64,000 bases of DNA, taken from Acidobacteriota bacterium (GTDB lineage: Bacteria; Acidobacteriota; UBA6911; RPQK01; JAJDTT01). The notes beneath the pieces are model-generated. The model saw only the letters and a list, made by a program, of their open reading frames with translations. It did no database searches and was not told the origin of the DNA. The stretch spans positions 3,744,001 to 3,808,000 of the forward strand of contig OZ242374.1 in NCBI GenBank assembly GCA_965209055.1. Reading direction: 5' to 3'. The number at the start of each line of letters is the position of its first letter. The stretch's first letter is position 1. The translations under genes were made by a program, and so were the position numbers. Positions 8,195 to 19,828 of the stretch are shown here, piece by piece.

Positions 8195-8224
8195 TTGACA
8201 GGGCCGGAAAAGCCGCTATATGCT
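8195..8224 (+). promoter_or_regulatory. Sigma70-type promoter candidate
   Basis: TTGACA-N18-TATGCT upstream of the GGAGG RBS and ATG 8267. Confidence 0.6.
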
Positions 8225-8266
8225 GACGCCCTTCCCGGTTAGTCATCGACGTATTGGAGGACCTGA

Positions 8267-9118
8267 ATGATGTTGCGACGGACAAGCATATTCCTTTTGC
8301 TGGCGGGGTTGGGATTCACCCAGGCCTGTCAGGCTTCGAGCCATAAGGATCAAGGGACCCGGTATCTGCGTTTCAGCGTGGACGGCCAGGAAGCGTACGG
8401 CATTCTGGAGGGGGATCAGGTCCGTCAACTGAGCGGGGACCTCTACGGCGAATGGGAAAAGACCGAAACCACCCATGCCCTCTCGGACGTCACCATTCTG
8501 GTGCCCAGCAAGAACCCCTCCAAGGTCTTGGCCCTGGCCGGAAACTACAAGTCCCACATCGGGGATTCGGAGCCGAACCCCTATCCGGAACCCTTCATCA
8601 AGCTTCCCTCCTCCTTGCTGCCCCAGGGGGGAGATATCGTCCAGCCCTCCGACACGGATCCGGTGCACTACGAGGCCGAAGTCGTCATCGTCATCGGCAA
8701 GCGGGCCCGGAACGTGTCGCTTGAGCAGGCTATGGACTATGTCCTGGGCATCACCTGCGGCAACGACATCAGCGCCCGGACCTGGCAGAGAAACGACGTC
8801 CAATGGTGGCGGGCCAAGGCCGCGGATACCTTCAGCCCCACCGGGCCCTACATCCTCTCAGGCGTGGATTTCAGCGACTTGAACATGGTGCTCAAGGTCA
8901 ATGGGGAGGTCCGCCAGGAAGCCAAGATCTCCGACATGATCCACGGCATCGCCGAGTCGGTCAGCTTCATCAGCAAGTACGTGACCTTGGAACCGGGAGA
9001 TCTGATCTTCACCGGAACCCCGGGGACCACCAAGGGCATGCAGCCCGGAGACGAGGTCACCGTGGAGATCGACGGGGTCGGAGTCCTGAAGAACAAGATC
9101 GTCGCCGCCGGTTCCTGA
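8267..9118 (+). CDS. Fumarylacetoacetate hydrolase (FAH) family protein with N-terminal signal-like segment
   Basis: NYKSH, HYEAEVVIVIGK, GNDISAR, AKAADTF and TLEPGDLIFTGTP motifs. Confidence 0.9.
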   Translation: MMLRRTSIFLLLAGLGFTQACQASSHKDQGTRYLRFSVDGQEAYGILEGDQVRQLSGDLYGEWEKTETTHALSDVTILVPSKNPSKVLALAGNYKSHIGDSEPNPYPEPFIKLPSSLLPQGGDIVQPSDTDPVHYEAEVVIVIGKRARNVSLEQAMDYVLGITCGNDISARTWQRNDVQWWRAKAADTFSPTGPYILSGVDFSDLNMVLKVNGEVRQEAKISDMIHGIAESVSFISKYVTLEPGDLIFTGTPGTTKGMQPGDEVTVEIDGVGVLKNKIVAAGS

Positions 9119-9137
9119 CGGCTCGAGAGAACAAGAA

Positions 9138-9176
9138 TTCGGCGTCCCCCGGGGCACTCCCCAGCGGGACGCCGAA
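9138..9176. terminator. GC-rich hairpin between convergent genes
   Basis: 11-bp stem TTCGGCGTCCC…GGGACGCCGAA; no long U-tract. Confidence 0.5.
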
Positions 9177-9183
9177 GATCCAT

Positions 9184-10377
9184 TCAGCTCTTGGAATCGT
9201 AGAGCACGGATGCGGTGAAGCTCAGCAGGTCTCCCTGGTCTTGGGACACCTCGCGGAGGCGGTCGTAGTCTCCGGAAATCTGGCAGAGCTGCGGGACCGA
9301 CAAGCACTTCAGTTCGTGAGCCGGAAAGTCCTTCAGATACTTCACCCCGACCTCGATGGCCTCGTCGTAGCGTTCGATCCTCTCCAGCAGGCGCACCAGG
9401 GCCTGGGCGGCGGCGGTCCCATCCGGGTCCGAATCCGAACCACCCAGCTTCTTCCTGAAATGCGCCACCCCCTCCGAGACCTCCCGGCCCAGTAGCGCCT
9501 TCAGGTAGAAGGAGTGGTCCGTGTAGAGATCCTCGAACGGAGGCTCGCCGGGATATTGGAACATTTCCGACAGGCACCGCCCATAGTCGGTGAGTTCCAG
9601 GGCCAGGATCAGAGAGTCTCGATCTTCCAATCGGGGACTCAATTGGACCACGGAACTGACGTGCGAGGTGTCGATGTAGTAGGTGTTGCCTTCGAAGAGC
9701 CAGTCCCGGCCGGCGATCAGCTCGCTGATGCTCCCGGTGTCCGGAGCCGTCCCGTCCCGGCGCCGGACGCTGCTTTTCAGGTTGGCTAGCAGCTCCGCGT
9801 GGAGCGTCCGCACCAGTAGCCGTCCCGACTCCTCCTGTCCGTCCGAACTCGGAAACTGGGAGAATGAGGTGATGGCCCGGCAGGTTCCGTAGCGGGCCAG
9901 GATCATCTCGAATCCCTTGCTGGGATTCGCCCCTTCGTAGAAGGCGATCTCGATGACGGCGTCCTCGGCTTCGTCGGCGGGGATGGCCTCGATCGCCCCG
10001 GCGATGGAACCGTTCTCGCCGATGGCACGGAAATAGGGCCAGGAAGCGATGATGTCGCCGTCCGCCAGGAAGTGTTCTCCCACCTCCCGGGCGGCGGCGA
10101 TGGTGGCCTGCTCGTATTCGCCCTGAGTCTCGGGATCGAGTCCGGAAGCCGATTCGGTCAGGATCAGCGGAAGCCCCAACTGATGGCGCTTCTGCATCAG
10201 TCTGGCTTCGAAGAGCAGCGGATATTTCTTCTCCGCCTTGAGGTTCGAGATCAGGGACCCGAATGCTGCTTCCGATCCCGCGGACCGGGCCGATTCCAGA
10301 ATCTCTCCGAAGGGGTCCCGAACCGGATTCACGGTCGCGGTCAGGCCTTTCAGGAACCCGCGCCGGTCATGTGCCAT
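9184..10377 (-). CDS. Hypothetical alpha-helical (TPR-like) protein
   Basis: 397-aa ORF with normal composition and helical-repeat-like C-terminus; no catalytic motif recognised. Confidence 0.65.
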   Translation of the reverse strand: MAHDRRGFLKGLTATVNPVRDPFGEILESARSAGSEAAFGSLISNLKAEKKYPLLFEARLMQKRHQLGLPLILTESASGLDPETQGEYEQATIAAAREVGEHFLADGDIIASWPYFRAIGENGSIAGAIEAIPADEAEDAVIEIAFYEGANPSKGFEMILARYGTCRAITSFSQFPSSDGQEESGRLLVRTLHAELLANLKSSVRRRDGTAPDTGSISELIAGRDWLFEGNTYYIDTSHVSSVVQLSPRLEDRDSLILALELTDYGRCLSEMFQYPGEPPFEDLYTDHSFYLKALLGREVSEGVAHFRKKLGGSDSDPDGTAAAQALVRLLERIERYDEAIEVGVKYLKDFPAHELKCLSVPQLCQISGDYDRLREVSQDQGDLLSFTASVLYDSKS

Positions 10378-10503
10378 GGGTCACACTATAGCACTTCCAG
10401 ACGTGGCGGAGAGTCGGCGAACCGCCGCCGAAGCTCCTGGAATCAGGGCGGCTCAATTGACACTCCCTGGTTCAGCGCGTATACGGGTGCGACCGATCAA
10501 CCC

Positions 10504-11724
10504 GTGGCGAAAAATCAGCAAAAGATCACGTCTGAACTTTGGGGATGGAGCCGGGACTTCAAGCTGCTGGCGCTGTCCTCCGGACTCTTGAGCGCCGGGT
10601 TCGCGGTCTACATGACCACCTTCAACAACTTCATCGTCGAGGAGATCGGGATCCAGCCCCATCAATTCGGCGTCTTGGAGTCGATCCGGGAAATCCCAGG
10701 GTTCCTGACGGTGGGGTTGGTCGCCATCTCCATCCGGTTTCCGGCCGCTCGCCTCGCGGGGTTTCTGCTGATCCTGACCGGCATTGGCGTCGCCGCCTAC
10801 TTCGGCGTCCACTCCGTCGGCAGCCTGATCCTGGCCTCTCTGGTCTGGAGCGTGGGCTTTCACGGCTGGCTTCCGCAGCGGGAGACCCTGGCCCTGACCC
10901 TGTCGGACGCCCACAAAGGGAGGCGCCTGGGGCAACTCCGAAGCATCGACGAGTCGGGCTTTCTGCTGGCCATGGCCCTGACCTTCGGGTTCATCGGATT
11001 CGTGGGGTTCCGCTGGGTCTTCCTGGCGGCCGGTTTGGCGGTGATCCTGGGAGGATTCGCCATCTTTCCGGTCCGTGTCCCTGCGGCCGTCACATCCGAG
11101 GACCGGTTCGTTTTCCGCCGTGAGTACTTCATCTATTATCTCCTGACCTTCTTCCAGGGGTGCCGGCGCCAGGTCTTCGTCATTTTCGCCGTCTTCTCCA
11201 TGGTCTTCGTCCATGGCGCGACCACGGAGCACATCATCGTCCTCATGTTCGTCAGCACCCTGCTGGCGGTCCTGGCGGCGCCCACGGTCGGACGCCTGAT
11301 CGACCGGTTGGGAGAGCGCAAGATTCTCAGCGCCGCCTACTCGATGTTGATCCTGATCTTCTGGGGCTACTCCTTCATTCAGAACAAGTGGGTGCTCTAT
11401 GCCCTTTATTGCGTGGACCGCCTTCTGTTTCTGGCTTCCGTATCTTTGAGCACCTATCTCAACAGGATCGCCCGCACCGCCGACCTGCGCCCGACCATCT
11501 CACTAGGTGTGACGCTGAACCACGTGGCGGCGGTGACCCTGCCACTGGTCGGCGGATTCCTGTGGGATCGATTCGGGTACGCCCTCATCTTCCAGATCGG
11601 ATCCGTGGTGGCGGTGATCATTCTGATCATTGCCCAGTTCATCGAGCCTGCTGAAACCACGCCCTCAACTGACAGCGTTGAGGAATCGTTCAGAACAGCT
11701 CCAGCTGACGATCATCACCGATGA
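10504..11724 (+). CDS. MFS transporter
   Basis: About 12 TM segments, GRLIDRLGERK loop motif and SIREIPG; GTG start at 10504 is inferred. Confidence 0.85.
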   Translation: MAKNQQKITSELWGWSRDFKLLALSSGLLSAGFAVYMTTFNNFIVEEIGIQPHQFGVLESIREIPGFLTVGLVAISIRFPAARLAGFLLILTGIGVAAYFGVHSVGSLILASLVWSVGFHGWLPQRETLALTLSDAHKGRRLGQLRSIDESGFLLAMALTFGFIGFVGFRWVFLAAGLAVILGGFAIFPVRVPAAVTSEDRFVFRREYFIYYLLTFFQGCRRQVFVIFAVFSMVFVHGATTEHIIVLMFVSTLLAVLAAPTVGRLIDRLGERKILSAAYSMLILIFWGYSFIQNKWVLYALYCVDRLLFLASVSLSTYLNRIARTADLRPTISLGVTLNHVAAVTLPLVGGFLWDRFGYALIFQIGSVVAVIILIIAQFIEPAETTPSTDSVEESFRTAPADDHHR

Positions 11725-14005
11725 CCTTCGCGAACTTCAGGCCCAGGTGGTCCAGGACCGGTTGGGCTACCGAGCGAACCTGTTTTTGGACGTAGTGCTC
11801 ACGGTCGATGCCGGCCGTGGTCTCGCCCGCCGGTTCCGGACCGGCCAGAGTCATGAGATAGGAGATCCGGCGTCCCGGCTTCCCGGTCATCTTGCGGGCC
11901 GCGGCAACGTGCGGGGGAGTCGTGCTCCGGTATTCGTCGAGCGGTTTCCCCAGCGTCTTGCTGTAGACGAGCAGGTGGTCCAGACGGCCCGCGCGGAGGC
12001 TCGCCACGGTATCGCGCAGGTAGGGGCCGACGTCGGTTTCGGCGAAGAGCCTCCGGTACAGTTCCTTCTGGACCCTCCTGGCCAGTGCGGTCCAGTCGGT
12101 CCGGACCACCTCCATGCCGGTGAAGACCACCTCGGCATCGGGCCCGTCGCCGACGAAGCCCACGTACCGCTTGCGGGCGCCGCGCCCCCCTTGGCGGGTC
12201 GCCGGGATGAAGAATTTCCGGTAGAGCCGCTCCAGCTCCAACTCCAGGCGGCTCTTCACCCTCCACTTTTCCGAGACATGGCTCACCAGGTCCCGGTTGA
12301 GGCGCCGCGCCAATTCGTCTCCCCGGGCCTGGGCCGCGGCGGTGGTCTGCTCGCCGGAGAGTACGAAGAGGCTGTCGGTGTCTCCGTATAGGACGCGGTA
12401 ACCGTAGTGCCTGAATCGGTCCCGGGACCAGAGCAGGATCTCCCGGCCGAAGGTGGTGATGGCCGCGGCCAGTTGGGGCCGGTAGAAGCGGCAGGCCGGA
12501 GTGCCCAGGACGCCGTAGAAGGAGTTCATGAGGATCTTGATGGCGTGGCTGGCGACCTGGTTGCCTGCGGCCTTGGCGGCGTCGCGGCGCGGAAAGAGAT
12601 GGTTCAGCAGTTGTGTCAGGATGCCGGGTTCGCGCCGGAAGGCGGCCCCGTTGGGGGCCACGATGGAGTCCTGATCCGGATCGGGCCGGGCGAGGTAGCC
12701 GAGGGGATCGATCTGGAAGGTGCGGATCAGGCTGGGGTAAAGGCTCTTGAAGTCGAAGACCAGAACCTGTTCGTAGAGGCCCGGCTCGGGCTCCAGGACG
12801 TGTCCCCCCGGACTGGGGGCCGCGCTGGAGGCGGCGCCGACACTGGGCGCGGCGATGCGCCTCTTGTGGAGTTCCGTCAGGTAGCGGAAGTCGAAGGCCG
12901 CGATGGACCCGCTCACCCGGTCGATGGGGAGACCGGTCAACCGGCTTCGCTCCACGGCCAGGTCCATGACCTTCAGTTTTTCCAGGATTTCCAGGGCCAG
13001 CCGGGCGTCGGTCCGGTTGTAGAGCACGAATCGTTCCCGGTCGTTGCGGAAGCTCTCCACGATCTCGGCCGGGCGGTCGGCCCCGTGGAGCGTCTTCCCC
13101 TCTCCCAGCACCTGCCGGGCGGCGAAGTCCAGGGAGTAGCGTTCGAGCCGGACGAAGGATCCCCGGAGAAGGTGGATCCCGTCGGCCACCACCCGGCCCG
13201 GAATCCGGGCCTCCCGATTGGCCCACGGGGAGCGGGAAGGCCGCAGCCTCATGGGCTCGCGTCCGCGCCCCAACCGGAGTGGAACACCGCAGTCACGGCT
13301 CAGGCGGTCCAGGACACGAAGGTCGAAGTCCACCACGTTCCAGCCGGTGAGGACGTCCGGGTCCAGTTCCCGGATTCTCCGGCAGAAAGCCCGTAGAAAT
13401 CCCTCCTTCCGCCGGAAGCAGACGGCCCCTCCCGCCGATTCGCCCCCGTCCGGGTCCAGCAGCAGGACCTCCGACGTCCCGCAGCCGTGCAGAGCCACCG
13501 AAAACACGGTCTTGGCGCCGGGGTCGGTCTCGATATCCAGGGAAAGGGTCGAAAGCCGTGGTGTCCAGTTCGCCGGAGACAGATTGGGGTTCTGGTAGAC
13601 CCATCCCAGTCCGGGGACCCGGCGCCCCTCTCCGTCGATCTCCAGCGAACCGCGGATCCCGCGATTGATCAGGAACCGGGTGGCGAAGGGGATGTCCGCC
13701 TCATAGCAGGGGATGTGATGCTCGATGAGGCGATTGCGCAGAGCGGGAGTGTCGGACGGCATCCGGAGATTGACTCGCGCCAGAGGAGTTCCATCCATGG
13801 CGCGAAAGCGGGACGGGACCAGGGACCGCGCGTTCAGTTGCCGCGCCCGGGCCTGGTGCCGCGAAGCGATGTAGAAGTGGGGGATCTCCCGGTCGTCACG
13901 GACCAGAAACGGGTCTCCGCTCTCCAGGCGGCCGAACAGATGCACCACGGGACGCCGGGATTCGATGCGATAGGTGGCTTGCAGAATGAAACCGCGGATG
14001 GGCAT
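11690..14005 (-). CDS. polB: DNA polymerase II (family B)
   Basis: Exonuclease motifs LDIET and TGWNVVDFD; polymerase motifs DFKSLYPS, KILMNSFYG, YGDTDS and KRY. Confidence 0.95.
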   Translation of the reverse strand: MPIRGFILQATYRIESRRPVVHLFGRLESGDPFLVRDDREIPHFYIASRHQARARQLNARSLVPSRFRAMDGTPLARVNLRMPSDTPALRNRLIEHHIPCYEADIPFATRFLINRGIRGSLEIDGEGRRVPGLGWVYQNPNLSPANWTPRLSTLSLDIETDPGAKTVFSVALHGCGTSEVLLLDPDGGESAGGAVCFRRKEGFLRAFCRRIRELDPDVLTGWNVVDFDLRVLDRLSRDCGVPLRLGRGREPMRLRPSRSPWANREARIPGRVVADGIHLLRGSFVRLERYSLDFAARQVLGEGKTLHGADRPAEIVESFRNDRERFVLYNRTDARLALEILEKLKVMDLAVERSRLTGLPIDRVSGSIAAFDFRYLTELHKRRIAAPSVGAASSAAPSPGGHVLEPEPGLYEQVLVFDFKSLYPSLIRTFQIDPLGYLARPDPDQDSIVAPNGAAFRREPGILTQLLNHLFPRRDAAKAAGNQVASHAIKILMNSFYGVLGTPACRFYRPQLAAAITTFGREILLWSRDRFRHYGYRVLYGDTDSLFVLSGEQTTAAAQARGDELARRLNRDLVSHVSEKWRVKSRLELELERLYRKFFIPATRQGGRGARKRYVGFVGDGPDAEVVFTGMEVVRTDWTALARRVQKELYRRLFAETDVGPYLRDTVASLRAGRLDHLLVYSKTLGKPLDEYRSTTPPHVAAARKMTGKPGRRISYLMTLAGPEPAGETTAGIDREHYVQKQVRSVAQPVLDHLGLKFAKVIGDDRQLELF

Positions 14006-14086
14006 CCTGGATTCCCGGGTTTCCTTCCATTTTACGCGTCCTCGGCGGAAATGCCTCACCGTGGCCGGGGACGCGGGTCACGTCCA

Positions 14087-14166
14087 GGAGCGGCGGTTTC
14101 CCAACCGCCGGACTCCGGTGTGACAACCTGGCGGCGAAGACTGGGCGATTGGAATTCGCCCCTCAT
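14087..14166. repeat. REPIN-like inverted hairpin pair
   Basis: GGAG-CGGCGG-TTTCCCAA-CCGCCG and inverted GGGCGA-TTGGAAT-TCGCCC-CTC. Confidence 0.65.
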
Positions 14167-14176
14167 GAGGAGGCAA

Positions 14177-14866
14177 TCAATTCCGATCCGGGGGAATGGG
14201 TTTCCGGTAGTCCTTGTTCCGATGTCGGATCAGATCACCGTCCACCATGAAGACCACGTCTTCGGCAATATTGGTGCAAAGGTCCGCAATCCGCTCCAGG
14301 TTCCGGGAGGTGGACAGCAGGTGGACCGACCGCTCCACCGTGTCGGGGTCCTGTCTCATCAGTTCTTGCAGCGAGGTGAACATATCCCGGTTGATGGCAT
14401 CGATCTCGTCATCCATGCTGAGGACCGTCCGGGCCAGGTTGGTGTCCATCCGGATGAGGGCGTCCAGGCTGTCCCGTACCATCCGGCGGACGCCCGTCAC
14501 CATCTGCGCGAAGTCCAGCGAAACCTTCAGCGCCGGGTGAACGGAAAGGTAGGACGCTCGTTCGGCGATATTGACGGCCAGATCGCCCATGCGCTCCAGA
14601 TCGTTGTTGACTTTCAGCACCGTGATGATGAATCGAAGGTCTCCGGCAACCGGTTGATAGAGCGCCAAGGCCTTGAGGCAGTCCTCCTCCAGATCCACTT
14701 CCCTGATATCGATCTGGCGGTCTCCGGAAATGACCTCTTCCGCCAAGTCGTGCCGGCGGTCGAGCAACGCCAGGATGGCGTTGTTGATGGCCTCCTCGAC
14801 GATGCCTCCCAAGCCGAGGAGCTTCCGCTTCAGGTTTTCGAAGTCGCGCACCATGTGCTTGGTCAT
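14177..14866 (-). CDS. phoU: Phosphate signalling protein PhoU
   Basis: QPVAGDLR, DLERMGDLAVNIA, DDEID and LERIADLCTNIAE; follows pstB. Confidence 0.95.
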   Translation of the reverse strand: MTKHMVRDFENLKRKLLGLGGIVEEAINNAILALLDRRHDLAEEVISGDRQIDIREVDLEEDCLKALALYQPVAGDLRFIITVLKVNNDLERMGDLAVNIAERASYLSVHPALKVSLDFAQMVTGVRRMVRDSLDALIRMDTNLARTVLSMDDEIDAINRDMFTSLQELMRQDPDTVERSVHLLSTSRNLERIADLCTNIAEDVVFMVDGDLIRHRNKDYRKPIPPDRN

Positions 14867-14930
14867 GGTTAGCCTCGCGGACCGGGGCTGCCTGACGTCG
14901 GTATCGTCGGGTTACAGCCCGCCGATTCTC

Positions 14931-15683
<753 letters not shown>

Positions 15684-15704
15684 GGCCAACAATTCAGTCT
15701 GGAC

Positions 15705-16562
15705 TTATCTTCCCGTTTTTCTCCCCAGCCGGTGCCGGATATAGATGGCAGTCGCGTTCATCAGAAGCAAGACTACCAGCAGCACGATGATGCCGGCGGC
15801 GGCCACATAGTGGAATTCCTGCTGGGGCCGTGAAGACCAATTGAAGATCTGGATGGGAAGAGTCGTAAAAGGGGACATCGGATTCTCCGGCACGAAGGCC
15901 ACGTAGGTGAGGGCTCCGATCATGATCAGGGGAGCCGTCTCGCCGATGGCGCGGGAAACGGCCAGGATGACGCCGGTGAGGATTCCAGGGAAGGCGGACG
16001 GTAGAACATGGTGCCGCACCGTCTCCCAACGAGTCGCTCCCAGGGCGTACGAGGCGTGCCGGATGGACTGGGGCACGGCCCGGATCGCCTCCCGGGAGGC
16101 AATGACGATCACCGGCAGGATCAGCAACGCCAAGGTCAGGCTGCCGGCCAGCACGCTCCGCTCAAGGGCCATCATCCGCACGAAGATGACGAGTCCCAGG
16201 ATGCCGAAGACGATGGAGGGGACTCCCGAAAGATTGGACAGGTTGATTTCGATCCAGCGCGCCAGCCTCCCCTTCCTTGCATACTCCTCCAGGTAGATGG
16301 CGGTCGCCACCCCCAGAGGGATGGAAAAGAGGGCGGTGAAGCTGATCACCCAGCAGGTTCCCCAGAGCGCCGACTTGATGCCGGCCCGATCGGGAAAACG
16401 GGAGGGGAACGATTGGAGGAACTCCAAGTTGAGCCAACCCACTCCCTGGCGGCTGACGTGATAAAGCAGCATCGCCAGCAGCAGGACGCCGCCCCAGGTC
16501 ACCATGGCGCAGACGTGACGGAAGATGGAAGCCAGACGCCGGCGAGCGGCCAGACTCTTCAT
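15705..16562 (-). CDS. pstA: Phosphate ABC transporter permease
   Basis: [16 protein letters not shown] and RAIGETAPL. Confidence 0.95.
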   Translation of the reverse strand: MKSLAARRRLASIFRHVCAMVTWGGVLLLAMLLYHVSRQGVGWLNLEFLQSFPSRFPDRAGIKSALWGTCWVISFTALFSIPLGVATAIYLEEYARKGRLARWIEINLSNLSGVPSIVFGILGLVIFVRMMALERSVLAGSLTLALLILPVIVIASREAIRAVPQSIRHASYALGATRWETVRHHVLPSAFPGILTGVILAVSRAIGETAPLIMIGALTYVAFVPENPMSPFTTLPIQIFNWSSRPQQEFHYVAAAGIIVLLVVLLLMNATAIYIRHRLGRKTGR

Positions 16563-17458
16563 TCGTACACCTCCCGGAACCGGCGCAGGACCCGGTTGGC
16601 GACCACGTTCATGAACAAGGTGATGGCGAAAAGCAGGGCGGCGACCGCAAAGATGGTCTGGTATTCAATGGTGCCGGCCGGGGTGTCTCCGAGACTGACC
16701 TGGACGATGTAGGCCGTCATGGTCTGGATGCTCTCCGCGGGATTCAGCGTCAGCTTCGGAGTCGCTCCCGCCGCCAGGGTGACCGCCATGGTTTCTCCGA
16801 TGGCTCTCGAGATCGCGAGCACGAACGATGCCACCACACCCGATGTCGCCGACGGAAGGGTCACGCCCAAGGTGACTTCCAGCCGGGTGGCGCCCAGGGC
16901 GTAGGCCCCATACCGGAGCGACTTGGGCACGGCCCGGAAGGCGTCGTCGCAGAGAGAGGCCACCATGGGCAGCACCATGATGCCCACGACGATGGAGGCG
17001 CTGGCTGCGTTGAAGATGCGGATCTGGTCGAAGAACGTCTGCAGAACCGGCGTGACGAACGTCAGGGCAAAGTACCCGTACACGACGGTGGGGATGCCGG
17101 CAAGGATTTCCAAAACCGGTTTGACCCCCTCCCGGATCCGGTCCGAAGCGTATTCAGACAGATAAATTCCCGTGGCCAAGCCGACCGGAAGAGCGACCAG
17201 GGAAGAGCCGATCACGATGAGCAGGGTTCCGGAGAGCAAGGGCAGGACGCCGAAGGAGCGCGGTTCCAGCAGCGGCGTCCAGCGGGTGCCGAACAGGAAA
17301 TCCAGGATGGGGACTTCGCGAAAGAAGAGGGCCGATTCCGTCAGCAGAACCAGGATGATGGCCACGGTCGTGGCCACCGAGACGCAGGCGCAACCCAGCA
17401 GGAGCCAACCGATGAGCTTCTCGCGAACGTTCCCTTTCTTCCGGAGCTGGAGTGTCAT
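16559..17458 (-). CDS. pstC: Phosphate ABC transporter permease
   Basis: [16 protein letters not shown] and RAIGETMAV. Confidence 0.95.
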   Translation of the reverse strand: MTLQLRKKGNVREKLIGWLLLGCACVSVATTVAIILVLLTESALFFREVPILDFLFGTRWTPLLEPRSFGVLPLLSGTLLIVIGSSLVALPVGLATGIYLSEYASDRIREGVKPVLEILAGIPTVVYGYFALTFVTPVLQTFFDQIRIFNAASASIVVGIMVLPMVASLCDDAFRAVPKSLRYGAYALGATRLEVTLGVTLPSATSGVVASFVLAISRAIGETMAVTLAAGATPKLTLNPAESIQTMTAYIVQVSLGDTPAGTIEYQTIFAVAALLFAITLFMNVVANRVLRRFREVYE

Positions 17459-17496
17459 TTCTGAGGTGAATTGTGCGGAGGAACTTTAGTTGGCGG

Positions 17497-18480
17497 TTAG
17501 CTGCCCACCTGGAACAGATCCAGCAATGAGACGCCTGCAGCATGCCCGCCGCCGTAGACCGTTCCCGTGATGCCGTTGGTGAAGCGGTGCAATGCCAACT
17601 CGTAGATTTCTGGCGGCAGCGCCACGTACCCCACTTCCTGAACCAGATTGGGTGCCTCCCGGAGGTAGAATTCCACGAACGCCACGACCTCCTCCCGGCG
17701 GGCCTGGTCGTTGACGTAGATGAAAACGGGCCTGGAGAGTGGCTTGTACGTGTTCTGGTTGATGGTCTCGTGCGTCGGATAAACGGGTCCGTCGCCCCCG
17801 TCGATGGGGATCAGTTTCAGGCGCGAGGCATTTTCGGCGTAATAGGCGAACCCGAAAAAGCCCAGAGCGTCCGGATCTCCCGAGATGCCTTGAACCAGGA
17901 CGTTGTCATCCTCGCTGGCAGTGAAGTCGGGACGGCAGACTTGGGACTTGCCGTTGACCGCCTCGGTGAAGTAATCGAAGGTCCCCGAATCGGGTCCGGG
18001 CCCGTACAGGTTGAGTTTCCTGTCGGGCCATTCCGCACGGATGTCGCTCCATTTGTTCACCATGCTCCCGGGCTGCCAAATCTTTCTCAACTCCTCCACG
18101 GTCAAATGGTCCAGGAAATCGTTTTCGGGATTGGCGACGACGGAAATCCCGTCGAAGGCCACGGGCAGTTCGATGAACTGGACCGAGTTCGCCTTGGCGG
18201 CCTCCTCCTCGATGGGTTTGATGGGACGGGAGGCGTCGTTGATGTCGGTTTCACCGGCACTGAACTTCTTGAATCCTCCGCCCGTCCCGGAAATCCCCAC
18301 CGTGACCTGGACCCTGCCATGGACCTTCAGAAATTCCTCGGCGACGGCCTCGGTGATGGGAAATACCGTGCTGGAACCATCGACCCTGACTCGGCCGCGC
18401 ATCCCGCCTGAATCGTCGCCACCGCCGCAAGAGGTCAGGAGAAACCCCGAAAGACACAGCCAGCGCATCATTTTCGTCAT
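17497..18480 (-). CDS. pstS: Phosphate-binding lipoprotein
   Basis: Lipobox LTSC; DGSSTVFP, SGTGGG and SGTFDYF. Confidence 0.95.
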   Translation of the reverse strand: MTKMMRWLCLSGFLLTSCGGGDDSGGMRGRVRVDGSSTVFPITEAVAEEFLKVHGRVQVTVGISGTGGGFKKFSAGETDINDASRPIKPIEEEAAKANSVQFIELPVAFDGISVVANPENDFLDHLTVEELRKIWQPGSMVNKWSDIRAEWPDRKLNLYGPGPDSGTFDYFTEAVNGKSQVCRPDFTASEDDNVLVQGISGDPDALGFFGFAYYAENASRLKLIPIDGGDGPVYPTHETINQNTYKPLSRPVFIYVNDQARREEVVAFVEFYLREAPNLVQEVGYVALPPEIYELALHRFTNGITGTVYGGGHAAGVSLLDLFQVGS

Positions 18481-18510
18481 CGATCCGGTTTCCTCATCTG
18501 GTTGCAGAAA

Positions 18511-19794
18511 TTAGAAATTCAGTTGGAGCCGCGTGACCACGGCGTGGGTGGTGCCGACCTCGTACAGGTCGCCGTGGACATAGTTGAACATGACCCGGGC
18601 CACCGGATTCAGGTACCAATTCACGGCCGCCGTAACGTTGTTGAGGCGGCCTCCCTGGATGGCGCGGTCGGTCAGGTCGAGCCTGGAATACCGGAGCGCC
18701 AGCTCCCAGGCCCCAGGTCCCTCTCCCGGTGCGAAATTCTTTCGGGGCCGCAGCCGGTCGAAGAACCCCGAGGAAGCCTTGTAGTTCCGCTGCTCGCCGG
18801 TCAGGAAGACGCTGGCATAGACATAGAAGCCCCCGAAAACCGGGTCTCCGGCGATTCGCGACCGGGCCGCCGAGTGAGTGTATTCGGACTGGACCGAAAA
18901 CGGTCCGCTCACCACGGCGCCCTCCAGGACCAGCATTTGAACCCGATCGGCCGCAAAGGAACGGGTGTCCACGTAACGGTCGGTCAGGTGGAGTTCCGGG
19001 CGCTGCCGCCAACGCAGGACGCCGTCGCTGGGCCGTCTCAAACTGTAGCTGACACCCAGGTGCGCCAGCCGGTCCTTCTGCTTGTCGAGGGCCGGTACAC
19101 CCGTCAGGCGAAAGGTGCTGCCGACTCCGTTTCCCAGGCTGGTGCCGCCGTTGTCCGTATCCCGGAAGACGCCGGCGGCCCAGGTCAATCGCTGGCCCAA
19201 TTGGGAGTTGTAGAAGGTCAGTCCCACATTCCTGGAGTAGGAGAAGACGTTGGCCACCGATCGCTCCACGAACGTCATGTAGTTGCTGCTGGTGAGTTCC
19301 TCCAGGCTGAATGGTTCCTTGTAGTGGCCGACCTTGACGTTCCCGAATCCGGGGATCGACTTGAGGGCGACGAATACGTCTTTCAGCGCCGTCGACCCTC
19401 CGGCGAAGTCGAACTGGCTCTTGAAGCTCAAGTTACCGTACAGGTCGCCCGACATGTATAGGCGCGTCCTGCGGAATTCACTGCCGCTGGTTTGGTCTCC
19501 GATGGCGTCCCTCACGGCTTGATCCTCGTTGATCCACATCCAGTCGGCCTGGATTCGTCCGCCGATCTTGAGACTCACACGCTTGTCCGGAGTTTCGAGC
19601 CGGACTCCATCCTTCCAGTAGGGCCGGAGGGAGTTCGGGTCCTGAGGTCGGTCTGTCGATTCCTTTTTTCCAGGCTCGTCCTGCTGCGCCCGGGGGCCTT
19701 TCTCCTGGACAGCCGACGACAGCCCGGCGGTCAGGAAGGCACCACCAGGTTGCAGCAGAAGCGAGCTGAGGATGAGCAGACCTGTGCGCTTCAC
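18511..19794 (-). CDS. OprO/OprP-family phosphate-selective porin
   Basis: Signal peptide, EFRRTRL, KEPFSLEELTSS…FVERS, GAWELALRYS, VNWYLNP and terminal F. Confidence 0.92.
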   Translation of the reverse strand: MKRTGLLILSSLLLQPGGAFLTAGLSSAVQEKGPRAQQDEPGKKESTDRPQDPNSLRPYWKDGVRLETPDKRVSLKIGGRIQADWMWINEDQAVRDAIGDQTSGSEFRRTRLYMSGDLYGNLSFKSQFDFAGGSTALKDVFVALKSIPGFGNVKVGHYKEPFSLEELTSSNYMTFVERSVANVFSYSRNVGLTFYNSQLGQRLTWAAGVFRDTDNGGTSLGNGVGSTFRLTGVPALDKQKDRLAHLGVSYSLRRPSDGVLRWRQRPELHLTDRYVDTRSFAADRVQMLVLEGAVVSGPFSVQSEYTHSAARSRIAGDPVFGGFYVYASVFLTGEQRNYKASSGFFDRLRPRKNFAPGEGPGAWELALRYSRLDLTDRAIQGGRLNNVTAAVNWYLNPVARVMFNYVHGDLYEVGTTHAVVTRLQLNF

Positions 19795-19828
19795 GGGGCT
19801 CTCGTTTCAGTTTCCACACTCGGAGGAT

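Noticed and set aside
11690-14005. Family B polymerase as a marker of a casposon, pipolin or phage
   Set aside because: It has a typical cellular Pol II architecture among chromosomal genes, with no cas1, integrase or terminal repeats.
14006-14086. LexA/SOS box upstream of polB
   Set aside because: No CTGT-N8-ACAG, GAAC-N4-GTTC or GTTC-N7-GTTC pattern found by eye.
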